Source: Octopus sinensis
Taxonomy: Eukaryota
Direction of reading: 5' to 3'
NCBI RefSeq assembly: GCF_006345805.1
Contig: NC_043005.1
Location: forward strand, 25,544,001-25,608,000
DNA: 64,000 nucleotides
Shown here: piece by piece, positions 13,004 through 25,283 of the stretch
How positions within the stretch are numbered: position 1 is the stretch's first letter
Layout of the letters: every line of letters starts with the position of its first letter
Made by a program: the position numbers and the translations under genes
The notes under the pieces: model-generated
Told to the model about the DNA's origin: nothing
Database searches by the model: none
What the model saw: the letters and a program-made list of their open reading frames with translations, nothing else

Positions 13004-13020
13004 ACAACAACAACAACAGC
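12560..13020. repeat. Long (CAT)n trinucleotide microsatellite with CGT/CAC/TAT variants
   Basis: About 460 bp; source of poly-I/S/M ORFs. Confidence 0.95.
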
Positions 13021-13187
13021 GCACTACTTATGTTTCGCTGGTGTATCGAATAGATTCTAGATGTTTCATGAAATGATACATTAAGAAGCTTTTCCATGAA
13101 TACCACCGGATTAGTTGCATCCATATCTTTTTTAAATTAAATATATATTTGTGTGTGTGTGCGTGTGTGTATCTATATCTACATCTA

Positions 13188-13260
<73 letters not shown>

Positions 13261-13302
13261 CTCTGTATATATATATGTATGTATGTATATATCATTTTTT
13301 AA

Positions 13303-13760
13303 TTGTTTCAGTCATTTGACTGCAGCCAACCTGGAGCACTGTCTTTGGTCGAATAAATCAACTCCAGGACTTATTTTCTGTGAGCCTAGTACATATTCTA
13401 TCGGTCACTTACGTCGAACCGCTAAGTTACGGGGAAATAAACACACCAGCATCAGTTGTCAAATGATGTTAAGGGAAAAACAGAGACACACAAGCACAAA
13501 CACACACACAAGCATGCACACACACAAACACACACACACACAAGCACACACACATACACAAACACACACACACAAACACACACATACACATAAATACATA
13601 TACGACGGGCTTGTTTCAGTTCCTGTCTGCCTAATCCACTCGCAAGGCTTTCGTCAGCCCGAGGCTATAGTAGTAGACACTTGCCCAAGGTGCTACACAG
13701 TGGAACTGATACCAGAACTATGTGGTTGTAAGCAATCCACATATCCCACAGCCACAGACG
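13303..13760 (-). mobile_element. SINE-1, diverged, with expanded internal (CA)n
   Basis: gtttcagtcatttgactgcagcc..gaaccgctaagttacgggg..cccgaggctatagtagtagacacttgcccaagg. Confidence 0.85.
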
Positions 13761-13829
13761 CGGTATTTAAAATACAAACCACTTTTAGTTTCATAGCTCT
13801 GAAGATAAAATCGTCGGACAATGTCGTGA

Positions 13830-14300
13830 TATATCTGGATTGTCGGTTGCCAGGTTTTGAAGATTATGAACAGGGTGTACAGGCGGTGGTAACAATAAGA
13901 TAGTTCATTCTTATTGTTGTTAGACACTTCAGGTATATGTTGTTTTTCGCGAGGTTAGGACTGGCAATAACGTGTTCCAAGTGGGTACTGAGAGGCGTTG
14001 ACAATGAAATTCCATTCAATTTTGAGCAAGTCATTCAGATAGTCACGGTGTGTCCAGATAAAATAGGACAGGCAACGGTTTATTTCCCTATCCCTGAAAC
14101 TAAGGAAATGAAAATGCAGTGTACGTGTGTCCTTGAAGTTATTGGCTAAGAACCTTCAACTATTTGACCCTGGCTTTAGATTGCCCGAACATCATCCCAA
14201 TATATACAGCCAAGCTATGGAGTTGTGTGTACTTCCAAATCTGCGAGAGATTTCCCCTTATAGCAGCAAATTTCCTATATCACCTATTTTCATGTGCAGT
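13830..14300 (-). mobile_element. Penelope-like GIY-YIG endonuclease remnant
   Basis: Minus strand reads NNFKDTRTLHFHFLSFRDREINRCLSYFIWTHRDYLNDLLKIEWNFIVNASQYPLGTRYCQS*, then EKQHI..NKNELSYCYHR, matching the PLE pattern F..H..SF..LS.YIW..L..I.W..Y..C..C..EK..N.R.EL..C.H. Confidence 0.65.
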
Positions 14301-14689
14301 AGCAAATACAACGAACTGATGTCGCTAAATAACCATACCACAGCCTCCAGACATTGATGTGACCGTACCTAACTGATCCACTGAGATCAATAACACCACG
14401 TGACCTGAGTTGACGAATATGGACATAACACCAACAAACCATCTAAAATTTGTTAAATATTCTGTTACATGGAGCTGAGTCAAACAGCTATTAAATAATA
14501 CACACACACACGCACATACAGATAGATAAAGAAAGAGAGAAAATTGGCATACATACATGCATACACATATGCATACACACACATATTATTGTTTAAGGAA
14601 AGGATGAAAATAGAGAAGTAGAATAGAAATATCTAAATTAGTGTGCAATATAGTGCCAGATGTTTATTCGGTCCTTTAACTTTGTACGT

Positions 14690-14813
14690 TATTTACATTA
14701 TTTAGGTTTGACGGATATTTGTCCTCATCTTGTTTGTTGTAACAACGATTCGGCTGGTGTATTGGGGAAGTTTCGAACCTGGGTTCTCATTTCTTAGGTA
14801 TTTTTCGATTTTG

Positions 14814-14815
<2 letters not shown>
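14690..14815 (-). mobile_element. H1 PLE-type end with hammerhead core deleted
   Basis: Matches H1, but CTGATGA through the stem II loop is missing (..caatacac|cagccgaatcgttg.. on minus). Confidence 0.7.
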
Positions 14816-14872
<57 letters not shown>

Positions 14873-14873
14873 T

Positions 14874-15958
14874 TATGTTTAACTTTTGCTTTACATTTGC
14901 ACAAGTTGACTCCAAGTCTCACCCAGAGACCTCAAGAGACAACAAATTGGAAGTTCATGTCGGTGTATGTCGAGGGTGCCATATATTTGGTTCTCTACAT
15001 AGTGTTGTTCTAGAGAATGTTTAAGAAACCATAAGAAAATTCTGTTTGCTTTAAAACTTGAGTTTACAGAGAAAGTATTTTGCGTAGGATATGTGCAGTT
15101 CCCATGAGCACTATCTTTCGAATTTCTGCCATTTTGGGGTTTCCTGGTATCTGAGCTAGGTAGCAATCAGCCCCTTTTGCTATCATTCCCAAGGCAAGGC
15201 ATCTATGACAACAGGTATTGTTTTAGTCTTCAGATTCCACATTTTGCTAATTTCTATTTCAGGATCTTTATATATGTTCAGTTTTTGGTAGGTCTTGACA
15301 GATACTTTTATATCGATTGGGATAGTCATATCAATGAGGAGGCATGATTTTTGTCTGAAGTCCTTCAATATAATGTCTGGCCTATTCACATCTATCTTTC
15401 TGTCAGTTTGAATGGTGATGTTCCAGAGGAGTGAGATGTGATCATTTTCAAGCACTGGAGTTGGTTTGTGTTTCCACCAGTTTTTATACGTGTGCAAGAC
15501 CAGGTTTTTGCAAATTACCCAGTGAAAATATTGTGCAGCTCTATCATGCTCCTTGAGGCGCAAGAAAACTGCAGTTGGAGACAACATCAATGGTTTCATT
15601 TTGTTGTTGACATACATGACATGTTGGGCTACTGCCGTTTTTTAATATGTTGGCTTGGTAGTTCCTTGTAGGTAGGCATTGATCTTGAGCTGTTATGATA
15701 AACCCTTCTGTTTCAGATTTTAAGCCAGAAGCCATTAGCCATTGATGGCTCAGGGCTTTGTCAACATCAGCATTATACGCTCTTTTTGGGTATTTGCCAT
15801 TGAGAGGTTTTTCTTGTCATCTATCAGTCTGAATATTTAAGGCAGACGTTTTAGCACGGGTTTTCATGCGCTTAGTTTTTCTGCGTTTGTTTCTCGTATG
15901 TCTAATTACATAATTTGTTGTATTTTGTTTCTCGTATGTCTAATTCCAGAATTTATTG
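14874..15958 (-). mobile_element. R4/Dong-clade non-LTR retrotransposon, 5'-truncated, decayed (same family as 45132-48170)
   Basis: MASGLKSETEGFIITAQDQ, CHVC zinc knuckle, LLWNITIQTDRKIDVNRPD..LIDMTIP; shared 3' UTR; (ATT)n on both sides. Confidence 0.9.
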
Positions 15959-15977
15959 TATTATTATTATTATTATT

Positions 15978-16530
15978 GAGTGAGAGAGCAGTGCATGCCA
16001 TCAAAGTGACACTGGGGTAAAATATACGAAGCCCAGTATACCCATCATGACTACCCGTCTGATAAGGGTACACTAGGCACATGCATCACAACCATGTGTG
16101 CGCGGTATGGTGATCTCATATCAAGATAAACAGCACATGACCTTGCAGATGGGGCCCAGTAACAATTTTCTTCAGGTCGAGTAACCCATCCCACTTGAAA
16201 GGTCCCTGAATAAGGGTTGTTTAAGGATGTTGAACGAAACACCCATGTTTCCAGAGGTGAATTATTCAAACCCCAAAGAATCCCTCTCAACACACGGCTA
16301 TGATGCTCCCCCACTACTTCTGCTCGTGATCAGAGATGCACATATTGTCAGCCACTAAGGGACATGCTCAACTGGTTAAGGTCAAACAATTGACAAGCAA
16401 ATCTGTGGTATTGAGCAGAATATTTGCTGTAGCCCATCTTTTATACCAAGACAAAACAATGTACATGATAACACTGCCAATCAGTTAAGATCAGAAGCCA
16501 TGAGAGCCACTGCCTGGTACTGCATCAGGG
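15978..16530 (-). mobile_element. Unclassified ~555-bp element flanked by (TAA)n on both sides, copy 1
   Basis: Highly similar to 42309-42880 along its length; sharp ends; no Pol III boxes, TIRs or conserved ORF seen; strand inferred from target-tract polarity. Confidence 0.75.
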
Positions 16531-16571
<41 letters not shown>

Positions 16572-16589
16572 CATTTTTATTATTCATGT

Positions 16590-16665
16590 CAGTGCCTGAG
16601 ATCGAAGTCGGAATCTTGGGTTTCGTAGCACGCGCTTTTAACCACTACGCCATATGCCCACGGGC
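16590..16665 (-). mobile_element. tRNA-like SINE head fragment (SINE-5)
   Basis: Minus strand GGGCATATGGCGTAGTGGTTAAAAGCGCG..GACTTCGATCTC (A and B boxes). Confidence 0.55.
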
Positions 16666-16667
16666 AT

Positions 16668-17093
16668 AGGCGCAGAAGTGGCTGTGTGGTAAGTAGCTTG
16701 TTTACCAACCATATGGTTCCGGCTTCATACGCACTGCGTTGCACCTTGGGCAAGTGTCTTCTACTATAGCCTCGTGAGTGGATTTGGTAGACGGAAACCG
16801 AAAGAAGCCCATCATATATATGTATATGTATATGTATATATATGTATATATATATATATGTGTGTGTGTGTGTCTGTGTGTGTGTTTGTGTGTGTTTGAT
16901 CCCCCTCCAACATCGCTTGACAACCGATGCTGGTGTGTTTACGTCCCCGTAACCTAGCGGTTCGGCAAAAGAGACCGATAGAATAAGTACTAGGATTACA
17001 AAGAATAAGTTTCTGGGGTCGATTTCCTCGACTAAAGGCAGTGCTCCAGTATGGCCGCAGTCAAATGACTGAAACAAGTAAAAGAGTAAAAGA
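16668..17093 (+). mobile_element. SINE-1, full length
   Basis: Head aggcgcagaagtggctgtgtgg to tail cagtcaaatgactgaaacaagtaaaagagtaaaag. Confidence 0.9.
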
Positions 17094-17094
17094 A

Positions 17095-17284
17095 TAATAA
17101 CAACATCGAAAAATACCTTATGAATGAGAACCCAGGTTCGAAATTTCCCCATGACACCTGATGAAGACTGGAGAGTATATCAGCTGAAACGTTGTTAAGA
17201 ACAAACAAAATGAGGACAAATATCGATCAAATGTAAATAATGTAAATAATGTACATAATTCCTCGTCTCTTAAATATAGAACTG
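17095..17284 (+). mobile_element. H1 PLE-type end, most complete copy
   Basis: Runs from aataacaacatcgaaaaatacc to cttaaatatagaactg. Confidence 0.8.
17153..17198 (+). ncRNA. Minimal type I hammerhead ribozyme motif
   Basis: gacac-CTGATGA(17158-17164)-agactg/loop/cagct-GAAAC-GTT; palindromic AACGTT could supply a dimer-type stem III; 3' strand of stem I damaged. Confidence 0.5.
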
Positions 17285-18409
17285 CTTTAACTTTGAGTCC
17301 AACGTACAACCATCGTCCATTTTTAAGCACAATGAAGTTAGATTATATAAAAGAAAAATAGTTCTTGAGAGCTTTGGAGAAACTTGACACTGTCTAAACC
17401 ATGTTGAATTCATAAATTTCCAAAGTTTAGTTATTATAACGAACGTTTAGAAAAGATATAATACACAACAATGTTAAAAGCATTTGATACATCAAAATTA
17501 AATGTATCACCACTAATATATTTACTGGGTGTTGCTTTTGAATTTCTTGTAACAAGGACTGTCCTGTATCTATAGTCTTTGTTGTCGTTTTGATCGAGAA
17601 ATTCATATTACGATTTCAAAAGAAAAGCGTTATTTAAACTCTCCATCGATTTCTTTTCAATCTATCTCTATCAGTGTCAGATTAATGGGTATTATACTAT
17701 GCGGGAATAAATATTACCGACATATTGATAATTTTTTTTGTTTTTGTTCAAGCATGAAATAAGAAATCAGTTAATAAATTGGTGACATTTTGTCAATAGA
17801 AAAATGAACAGAACTTTCCAGAATTTCTCAAGGATTGTTTAATACAATTAGCGGTAGCACATCTTTGAGAAATTGAGAGACAGGTGACGGCGAACAAGGT
17901 CAAAGAATAAATTACCAAAGCTTTACAAGACTAGGATTATGGAGTATCAATCAGAGTGATTAATGTCAGGCAACTCTTTCACAAACACATGTTCTTGTTA
18001 AATAGTTTAGATATCTCTTTGTAAAATTCTCACCAATTCTATATCACTTCAAGTTCTCTAGAATCATTTCTTTCTAACTAATTTCGATTCTTTCTCATCC
18101 TCGGTATTTCTCTCCTAGTCGATAACGAAGTGTAATTAGTTGGAACAGCGGGAAATAGTGTAATATTCGGAATGCTGCACATAGATATCGCTAGAAATTC
18201 AACTGCTTCACTGCTCTTCTACGAATGATCAATCTTCGAAATTCTCCTTGCTTTCAGAGTGAAATCATTCTAATTTGTGAAATTCTATTCAGTTACTAAA
18301 TACCGATGCAGTCCATAGATATTTTTGCTTCACTCTAAAACGACCAGCTTGTACAATCTTTAGAGAGGCGGGTTAAAATGTTGGGCAGCATTTGTTCCAT
18401 CTCTCATTT

Positions 18410-18822
18410 GCTCTTTTATTCTTTTACTCTTTTAGTTGTTTCAGTCATTTGACTGCGGCCATGCTGGAGCACCGCCTTCAGTCGAGCAAATCGACCCCGG
18501 GACTTATTCTTTGTAAGCCCAGTACTTATTCTATCAGTCTCTTTTGCCGAACCGCTAAGTGACGGGGACGCAAACACACCAGCATCGGTTATCAAGCAAT
18601 GCTAGGGGGACAGACACAGACACACAAACACACACACATACATATATATACATATATACGACAGGCTTCTTTCAGTTTCCGTCTACCAAATCCACTCACA
18701 AGGCATTGGTCGGCCCGGGGCTATAGCAGAAGACACTTGCCCAAGATGCCACGCAGTGGGACTGAACCCGGAACCATGTGGTTGGTTAGGAAGCTACTTA
18801 CCACACAGCCACTCCTGCGCCT
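18410..18822 (-). mobile_element. SINE-1, full length, low divergence
   Basis: Near-identical to the reverse complement of 31148-31550. Confidence 0.92.
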
Positions 18823-18844
18823 CTTTACATTCTGATTTAAAATT

Positions 18845-18960
18845 CTGTCGAGGTCGACATTGCTTTCTATCATTTCGGGGTGAGAATGCGTAACACTAGT
18901 GAAATACTATGGTAGGAGCTATCGACTAACCTTTAAACTTGTGGACGTTGTGCCTAAAAG
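18845..18960 (+). mobile_element. SINE-2 partial, diverged
   Basis: gtcgaggtcgacattgctttctatcatttcgggg. Confidence 0.6.
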
Positions 18961-19205
18961 TGTGTTATGGTTTGTATTCGAATTCATATATATGATAAAA
19001 TGAATTGTTTCACAATAACAGCAACAACAGATCTCGTTGGGGCAATAATAGTACCTTACAACTGTAATCATTCATTTTTAAAATATGTTTCCAAACGCGT
19101 CACATGCGATAACGGAATACGAACTAACGATATTTTGGCGACATTGTCATACAATATGACTGAAGTAACCGATAGTCTTGTATTGATAATATAAGACTAC
19201 GTTCA

Positions 19206-20025
19206 AGACGGCGAGCTGGTAGAAACGCTAGCGCACCGGCCGAAATGCTTAGCGGTATTTCGTCTGTCTTTATGTTCTGAGTTCAAACTCCGCCGCGGTC
19301 GACTTTGCCTTTTATCCCTTCGGGGTCGATAAATTAAGTACCAGTTACACACTGGGGTCGATATAATCGACTTAACCCGGTTGTCTATCCTTGTTTGTCC
19401 CCTCTGTGTTTATCCCCTTTTGGGTAGTAAAGAAATAGGTATTTCGTCAGCTTTTACGTTCTGAGTTCAAATTCCACCGAAGTCGACTTTGCCTTTTATC
19501 CTTTCGGCGTCGATAAATTAAGTACCAGTTACATACTGGGGGACGACCTAATCGACTAGCCACTTTCCCCAAAAATTTCAGGCCTTGTGCTTAGAGTAGA
19601 AAAGAATATTTTAAGGCAGCGAGCTGGCAGAAGCGTTGGCACGTCGGACGAAATGCTTAGCGGTATTTCGTCTGCCGTTACGTTGTGAGTTCAAATTCCG
19701 TCTAGGTCGACTTTGCCATTCATCCTTTTGGGGGTCGAGAAATTAAGTACCAGTAATCGACTTAATCCCTTTGTCTGTCCTTGTTTGTCCCCTCTGTGTG
19801 TAGCCCCTTGTGGGCAGTAAAGAAATAAGAAACGTTTACACGCACGGCGAAATGCTTAGCGGTATTTCGTCTGTCTTTACGTTCTAAGTTCAAATTCCGC
19901 TGAGGTCAACTTCGCCATTCATCCTTTCGGCGTCGATTAAATACCAGTTGCGTACTGGGGTCGATCTAATCGATTGGCCCCTTTACCCAAAAATTTCGGG
20001 CCTTGTGTCTAGAGTAGAAAAGAAT
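19206..20025 (+). mobile_element. Four head-to-tail SINE-2 units with alternating tail types (A,B,A,B)
   Basis: Units 19206-19437, 19438-19607, 19614-19827, 19828-20025; tail A ..ccccttgtgggcagtaaagaaata, tail B ..aatttcaggccttgtg..tagagtagaaaagaat. Confidence 0.9.
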
Positions 20026-21739
20026 ATAAAACTGCGTTCACATCTTACTTTTCTATTTCCTATATTCCAAAGCATAGTTAACGACACTGTTGTGAAAATT
20101 TCTCATCAACAAGATATAGAAGGAAATTTAATATTTGTCATGCACAGATAAGCATTGTATTAATTTGATGAAATGAAATTAGATCAGAATACAAACGATA
20201 AGTTGGTGAAGACTTTAATAACTCTGACAGAGGAGAATGTTTGCTTAACGAATATATTATGATTTATAATTCTTTAAATTAACACGAGTTGTAAAATGTT
20301 TTGACCGATATCGAAGCAATGCTTGCAAAGCAATTTCATGGAGCAAACATTATCGATTCAAAATTACATTTTGCAGTGAATTGCATTCTGATTGTGATTT
20401 CGATCCACATGTGGGAAAAGCGCTGCATGCATACCATGACATTACATAGAAGAATTTTCTGAAACCATAGGACTCACAGGGGTAATTACCTGGTCACCAT
20501 GGAGCATATGTGAGTGAGATGACTATGTCTACCCTGAATGCGACACTGGATTGATGCTGGATTGACTTATTTACGGTTGAATGGACTGCGACAACGGGAA
20601 ATGTAGTGTTTTGATCAGAAAAGTCACGTCACCACCCGGCACAGTAAAAACAAATCACGGTTTTGCGATCGTGAGTGGAAAACCTTTTCGACTTGGACAT
20701 ATGCCTTCACACAAAATACATTCCCCACCAGCAATACATTCGAAAAAGATTTTCTGTGGTTGTTCTGTGTGCTAGAATCTGTTAATAAATTTCCATCATA
20801 TCTTGTCTTAATATCGTAAACATACTGAGAGCACATCAGATAACATACTAATGCTTACTATTAAAAACACGGACTGGTCATGGTTGGAATATCATAGATC
20901 ATATACTTGCTCGACCAAGTCTAAAATCGAGCTAAGCAACAGCAGTATTAACCACAACAACCTTTGCTCCTAATTAAAAAGAACAAATAGTTAGAAAGTA
21001 GGAGGCTTTCGAGAATGATGGCCGAGGTATGATTGTGGATGCGTTAGTGGATGGATTAACGGATGGATTCAAAGATTCGTACTCACTCTTTAGCATGAAG
21101 CTAGACCCATGTTCATATTAAAGATTTCCCTTCTATATCTAATAGCTTCAGAACACAAAGGTTAACCGTTTTACTCATTATCACATAGTACACTCAGAAA
21201 ATAGACGGCAAAACAATGCATATGAAAGGTCTCCATTGAAATACAAGGGAGCTGATCAATTAGGGGATAAATAACGTTGGTAATAATACAACTGAAGGAA
21301 GGTTAATTCAATTTTGTTGGTCTAATAATATTTTACATATTTAAGTGATATAAATAAAGTGTGTTGCTTTCCACCAGAACTCGAACACTGGACGCAATAT
21401 TGAATCTGAAGGAGCATTAAAGGAGTTAAAGGCATAGCCTATTGGTTACGAAGTTCGTTTCGAATTTCATTGTGCATGGGATCTTGGACAAAGGTCTTGT
21501 GCTCTAACTTCGAATTGGCCGATTCTAGGAGTGAAACTGGCTAGATGGAAACTATAAAATTCGATGGAATGTTTTTTTTATTTCCTGTAATTCAAAACAG
21601 CATATTGACTGCGTCTGAGAATTACATTGAGGCTTCACGCGCCTGATGTTACTTCAATGTTAATTCAACAAATAGGTATGGGTCAGTTGATCTAACAACA
21701 GAATGCATATCAGTATCTTCGCCCCCGTTGTTGTGGGTC

Positions 21740-21977
21740 TTCTTCGCCGTTGTCACCAACTTCGTGATCATGATAAATATCATGACCACCACCACCATCA
21801 CCAACATCTTTACTATCATCCTCATCATCATCATCGTTTCCTTTCGTCGTCGTTGTCGTTGCAGTAGTCATCCTCCTCCTCCTCCTCCTCCTCCCCTACC
21901 CCCTCCTCCTCATCATCATCATCGTCATCATTAACGTTATCGTTTCGTCGTCGTTGTCGTTGCCGCCGACGTCGTCG

Positions 21978-22012
<35 letters not shown>

Positions 22013-22057
22013 GTCATTGTCATCGTTTTGTTTCGTCGTCGTTGTAGTTGCCGTAGT

Positions 22058-22090
<33 letters not shown>

Positions 22091-22192
22091 GTCATCGTTT
22101 CGTTTCGTCGTCGTTGTAGTTGCCGTAGTCATCATCATCATCATCATCGTCATCGTCATCATTTCGTTTCGTTGTCCTTGTTGTGCCGTAGT

Positions 22193-22223
<31 letters not shown>

Positions 22224-22264
22224 ATTATCGTCATCGTTTCGTTTCGTCGTCGTTGTCGTAGTCA

Positions 22265-22306
<42 letters not shown>

Positions 22307-22340
22307 GTTTCGTCGTTGGCATTCGTTACTGTCGTCGTCA
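21740..22340. repeat. Compound minisatellite: about 7 units of cgtttcgtttcgtcgtcgttgtagttgccgtagt separated by variable (CAT)n
   Basis: Direct inspection. Confidence 0.85.
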
Positions 22341-23929
22341 TGATCATCAACCTAACCATCGGACTCAGCAGCTCACCATCACCACTTACTCAACGAGCGT
22401 GAAGTACAAGTGAAAGGAAGAGGGTCGGATTATTTAATCAAAAGCAGGTATTTCGCTCGTCAACTTCATAATTGACGTTCTTCTTTACGATATAAATGAT
22501 ATATCCCTAGTAATTACGGCCAGCGGGCAAATAAAATTTCATTTCATTTAACTAATTTCGTACGATCGAGTAGCACGGATATCGCAATAAATTGTGCGGC
22601 GACCAAACTGTAAGATGAGTTTCATTATATGATTATTTGCACATTCTGTAGTAATATAATAAAAGTAATTCTAGATATGCTAATGAATGTTAGCATTCAT
22701 CAAATCGAATGACGATTTTAATATCCGCTTTCATTATCTTTAATGTTTGCTATTTTAACTTTTCATATTGTTATAAAATTTTGATGAGCCAATATCATTC
22801 TTCAAATAAATCGGCAATTTATTACATGTCATTTCAAGATTCTTATTAACGTAAAAGTCGTTCGAGTACATAGAAAAGACACAACAACAACAGTAATAAT
22901 AAACTGCAACAGATAGAAGGATAGTAGTAATAACCACATCGACGATAAAACAGGTATTCAGCAAATAGTATCTCTCGAATGAAGAAGAGTTACTTCTATG
23001 AATGACCCATGAAATTTCTATTCTGCTTCAGGAAAGTAGGGGCAAATAATTTGATATGTATCTTGAAAGAGAAGTAAAGTTATCAGGATACTTTGAGATA
23101 AAAGTCAGTCAAGGGATGCAGTCCAGTTTCTGTACCTAAACGAAACTATTAACGTTGTTGCTGAGATGTTGATAAAAGGGACCTTTTCATTTCTATTTTG
23201 TCTTTCTGCGTCAGAACATCAGTAGCCAAACTGTTGTTGATGTTTAGAGTAATCTCTTGTGTGGTACTGAGGCTACATTAGTCGGTGTTTCATCAGGTGG
23301 TGAAGAAACTCTATTGGTGTTTCGGCCCCTTCCAGTGCAATACAAGAGGTTCCTGGGGTTACCTAACAAGATACAGAAACAAATTGGTTAAAACAATTCT
23401 ACTTCTAGCGGCGATCAGTTTCTTTTTACCCCACTCCATCTCTATTTCTTTTTATAAGACGGTCAACTTAAGACTCCATAATCCAATATACTCTTCATGC
23501 ATTATGGATGTGGGGTGTGATTTCAAAGGTGAATGTCTGTTATTTCTAGCAAATACTGTGACTGTAAAAGAATCCTGCCCCACCCTGTTTGTGCTCAACA
23601 TACGTGAATTTCGTTAGCATGAAAACGTGTATTTTGAATTATATCTATTATAGACTTGAACTGTATAGCTCTGCGCCCTTTACTCGTTATCTTTAATCTC
23701 ATGAAGAGAAAATCTCCACAAATACCAAAGATAACAAAATGTGCCAATGCATAATAAATAGGATTTTGTCTCAAGTACAGAAAACCAAATATAAGCTTTG
23801 TTATTTCGCGTTGACTAAATAGACGAGATTGAAATCATTAAAAAAAATTATCATCAACACCAGTAATGTTGGCACAAATTATTGCACAAGGTCAGCAGTC
23901 TCAAGAAAGTGGCTAAGTTGATCATATCG

Positions 23930-24055
23930 ACCCCGAATGAATGAAAGGCAAAGTCGACCTCGGTGGCATTTGAAATCAGAACCAAAAGACAGACGAAATG
24001 CCACTAAGCATTTTGGCCAGTGTGTGTGCTAACGATTCCGCCAGCACAGCACCTT
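23930..24055 (-). mobile_element. SINE-2 partial
   Basis: atcgaccccgaatgaatgaaaggcaaagtcgacctcgg. Confidence 0.8.
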
Positions 24056-24257
24056 CAACACCAGTAATATTTTTAGGTATATCTTTATAAGAAATTGACC
24101 CCTTGGAGGCGGAAGTGTCGTTATCGATTCAAAGAGCTTTCAATGCCAATATTTGCTCCGGTTGCCTGCGTTCTGAATTCAAACTAACTTTAGCATTTAA
24201 CCTTCAGAAATAGACGCATAAAGTATCAGATAAGCGATGATATATGTCTGGCTGGCT

Positions 24258-24470
24258 GGCGGCGAGCTGGCAGAATCGTTAACACGCACGGCGAAATGCT
24301 TAGTGATATGTCGCCTGTCGTTACGTTCTAAGTTCATAATTCGCAGTGGTCGACTTTACTTTTCATCCTTCCGGGGATCGATAAAATAAAGTACCAGTTG
24401 TGTACTGGGGTCCATCTAATCGACTGGCCCATTCCCCCCAAATTTCGTGACTTGTGCCTAGAATAGAACA
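24258..24470 (+). mobile_element. SINE-2, tail type B
   Basis: ggcggcgagctggcagaatcgttaacacg..gtgcctagaatagaacaaagg. Confidence 0.85.
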
Positions 24471-25283
24471 AAGGAAAAAAAATTGTCTGTCTGTTTGTCT
24501 CTCTTTCTTTCTCTTTCTTTTTTTCTCTCTCTCTCTCACTTTCTCTCTTAATCCTCTACGTTACACTGTGTGAATGATCGTAGTAGAGAGAATACTACCC
24601 GTGTCACAAACTCCCATAGGTGGAGATTGATCGAGCAGCCGCCTCTTCTATAGAAACAACCTTATACATGCGTGCGTTGTGTAATGACAACTCTTATTTA
24701 AATGGACTTCACCTTTTCGATGATAGATTGGAGGTCTAGGATCTGGTCTAAATACTAATTGTCTATATCTAACAAACGCCTTTATTATGTCTTCATACCC
24801 ATAGCACACACACACACACACACAAGGGCCAATAACATAAATAAATACCAATGATTATGGTGTATGTCCATTATCAGATTTATTCGGAAATGTAACATTG
24901 AAATCTTCACTTCAATGCTTCATCTCCATAAAACTTTTCTGGTCGCTACTGTATATGAAATGATTTATGAATAACAGTTAAACCTGACACAATAAACCCT
25001 CCCTTTCTTTGAACTGAAAAATGGGGAAAGTCTATGTTTCCCTTATTTCTTTTACTGCCATTCTACACTCTTCCCTACAACATCAGTTCTTATTTTTAAT
25101 TAATTCTTGGTCAACACACGTCAATCATAAATCCAGGCAACACCTAGTTAATTTATAATCACACTTTCTCCCTGCTGTCGCCACTACAACGTTTAATGTT
25201 AGATTGAACTCCTATGCCTGAGAGCCCTGATATCTCATGTGTTCATCTTGTAAACCATTTGATAAAATAATTAATATGATCAT

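Noticed and set aside
12415-13124. 186-212 aa ORFs on both strands
   Set aside because: Translations of (CAT)n (poly-I/S/M); no unique coding content
13151-14357. Plus-strand ORFs (250, 70 and 76 aa) with plausible splice sites
   Set aside because: The first is microsatellite plus SINE-1; the rest is the antisense of a Penelope GIY-YIG remnant
16051-16314. 87-aa ORF in the TAA-flanked element
   Set aside because: The second copy has an in-frame stop; no coding signature
16512-16530. Resemblance of the element end (cctgatgcagtaccagg on minus) to U2 snRNA stem-loop IV
   Set aside because: Short gapped match with no other U2 features; likely chance
21740-22340. Regularly spaced repeat that might suggest a CRISPR-like array
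   Set aside because: Spacers are (CAT)n, not unique sequence; eukaryotic context; no cas genes
22384-22445. LNEREVQV peptide resembling homeobox helix 3, and a minus-strand GTAAGT donor
   Set aside because: No WFQNRR; all frames upstream of the donor are closed
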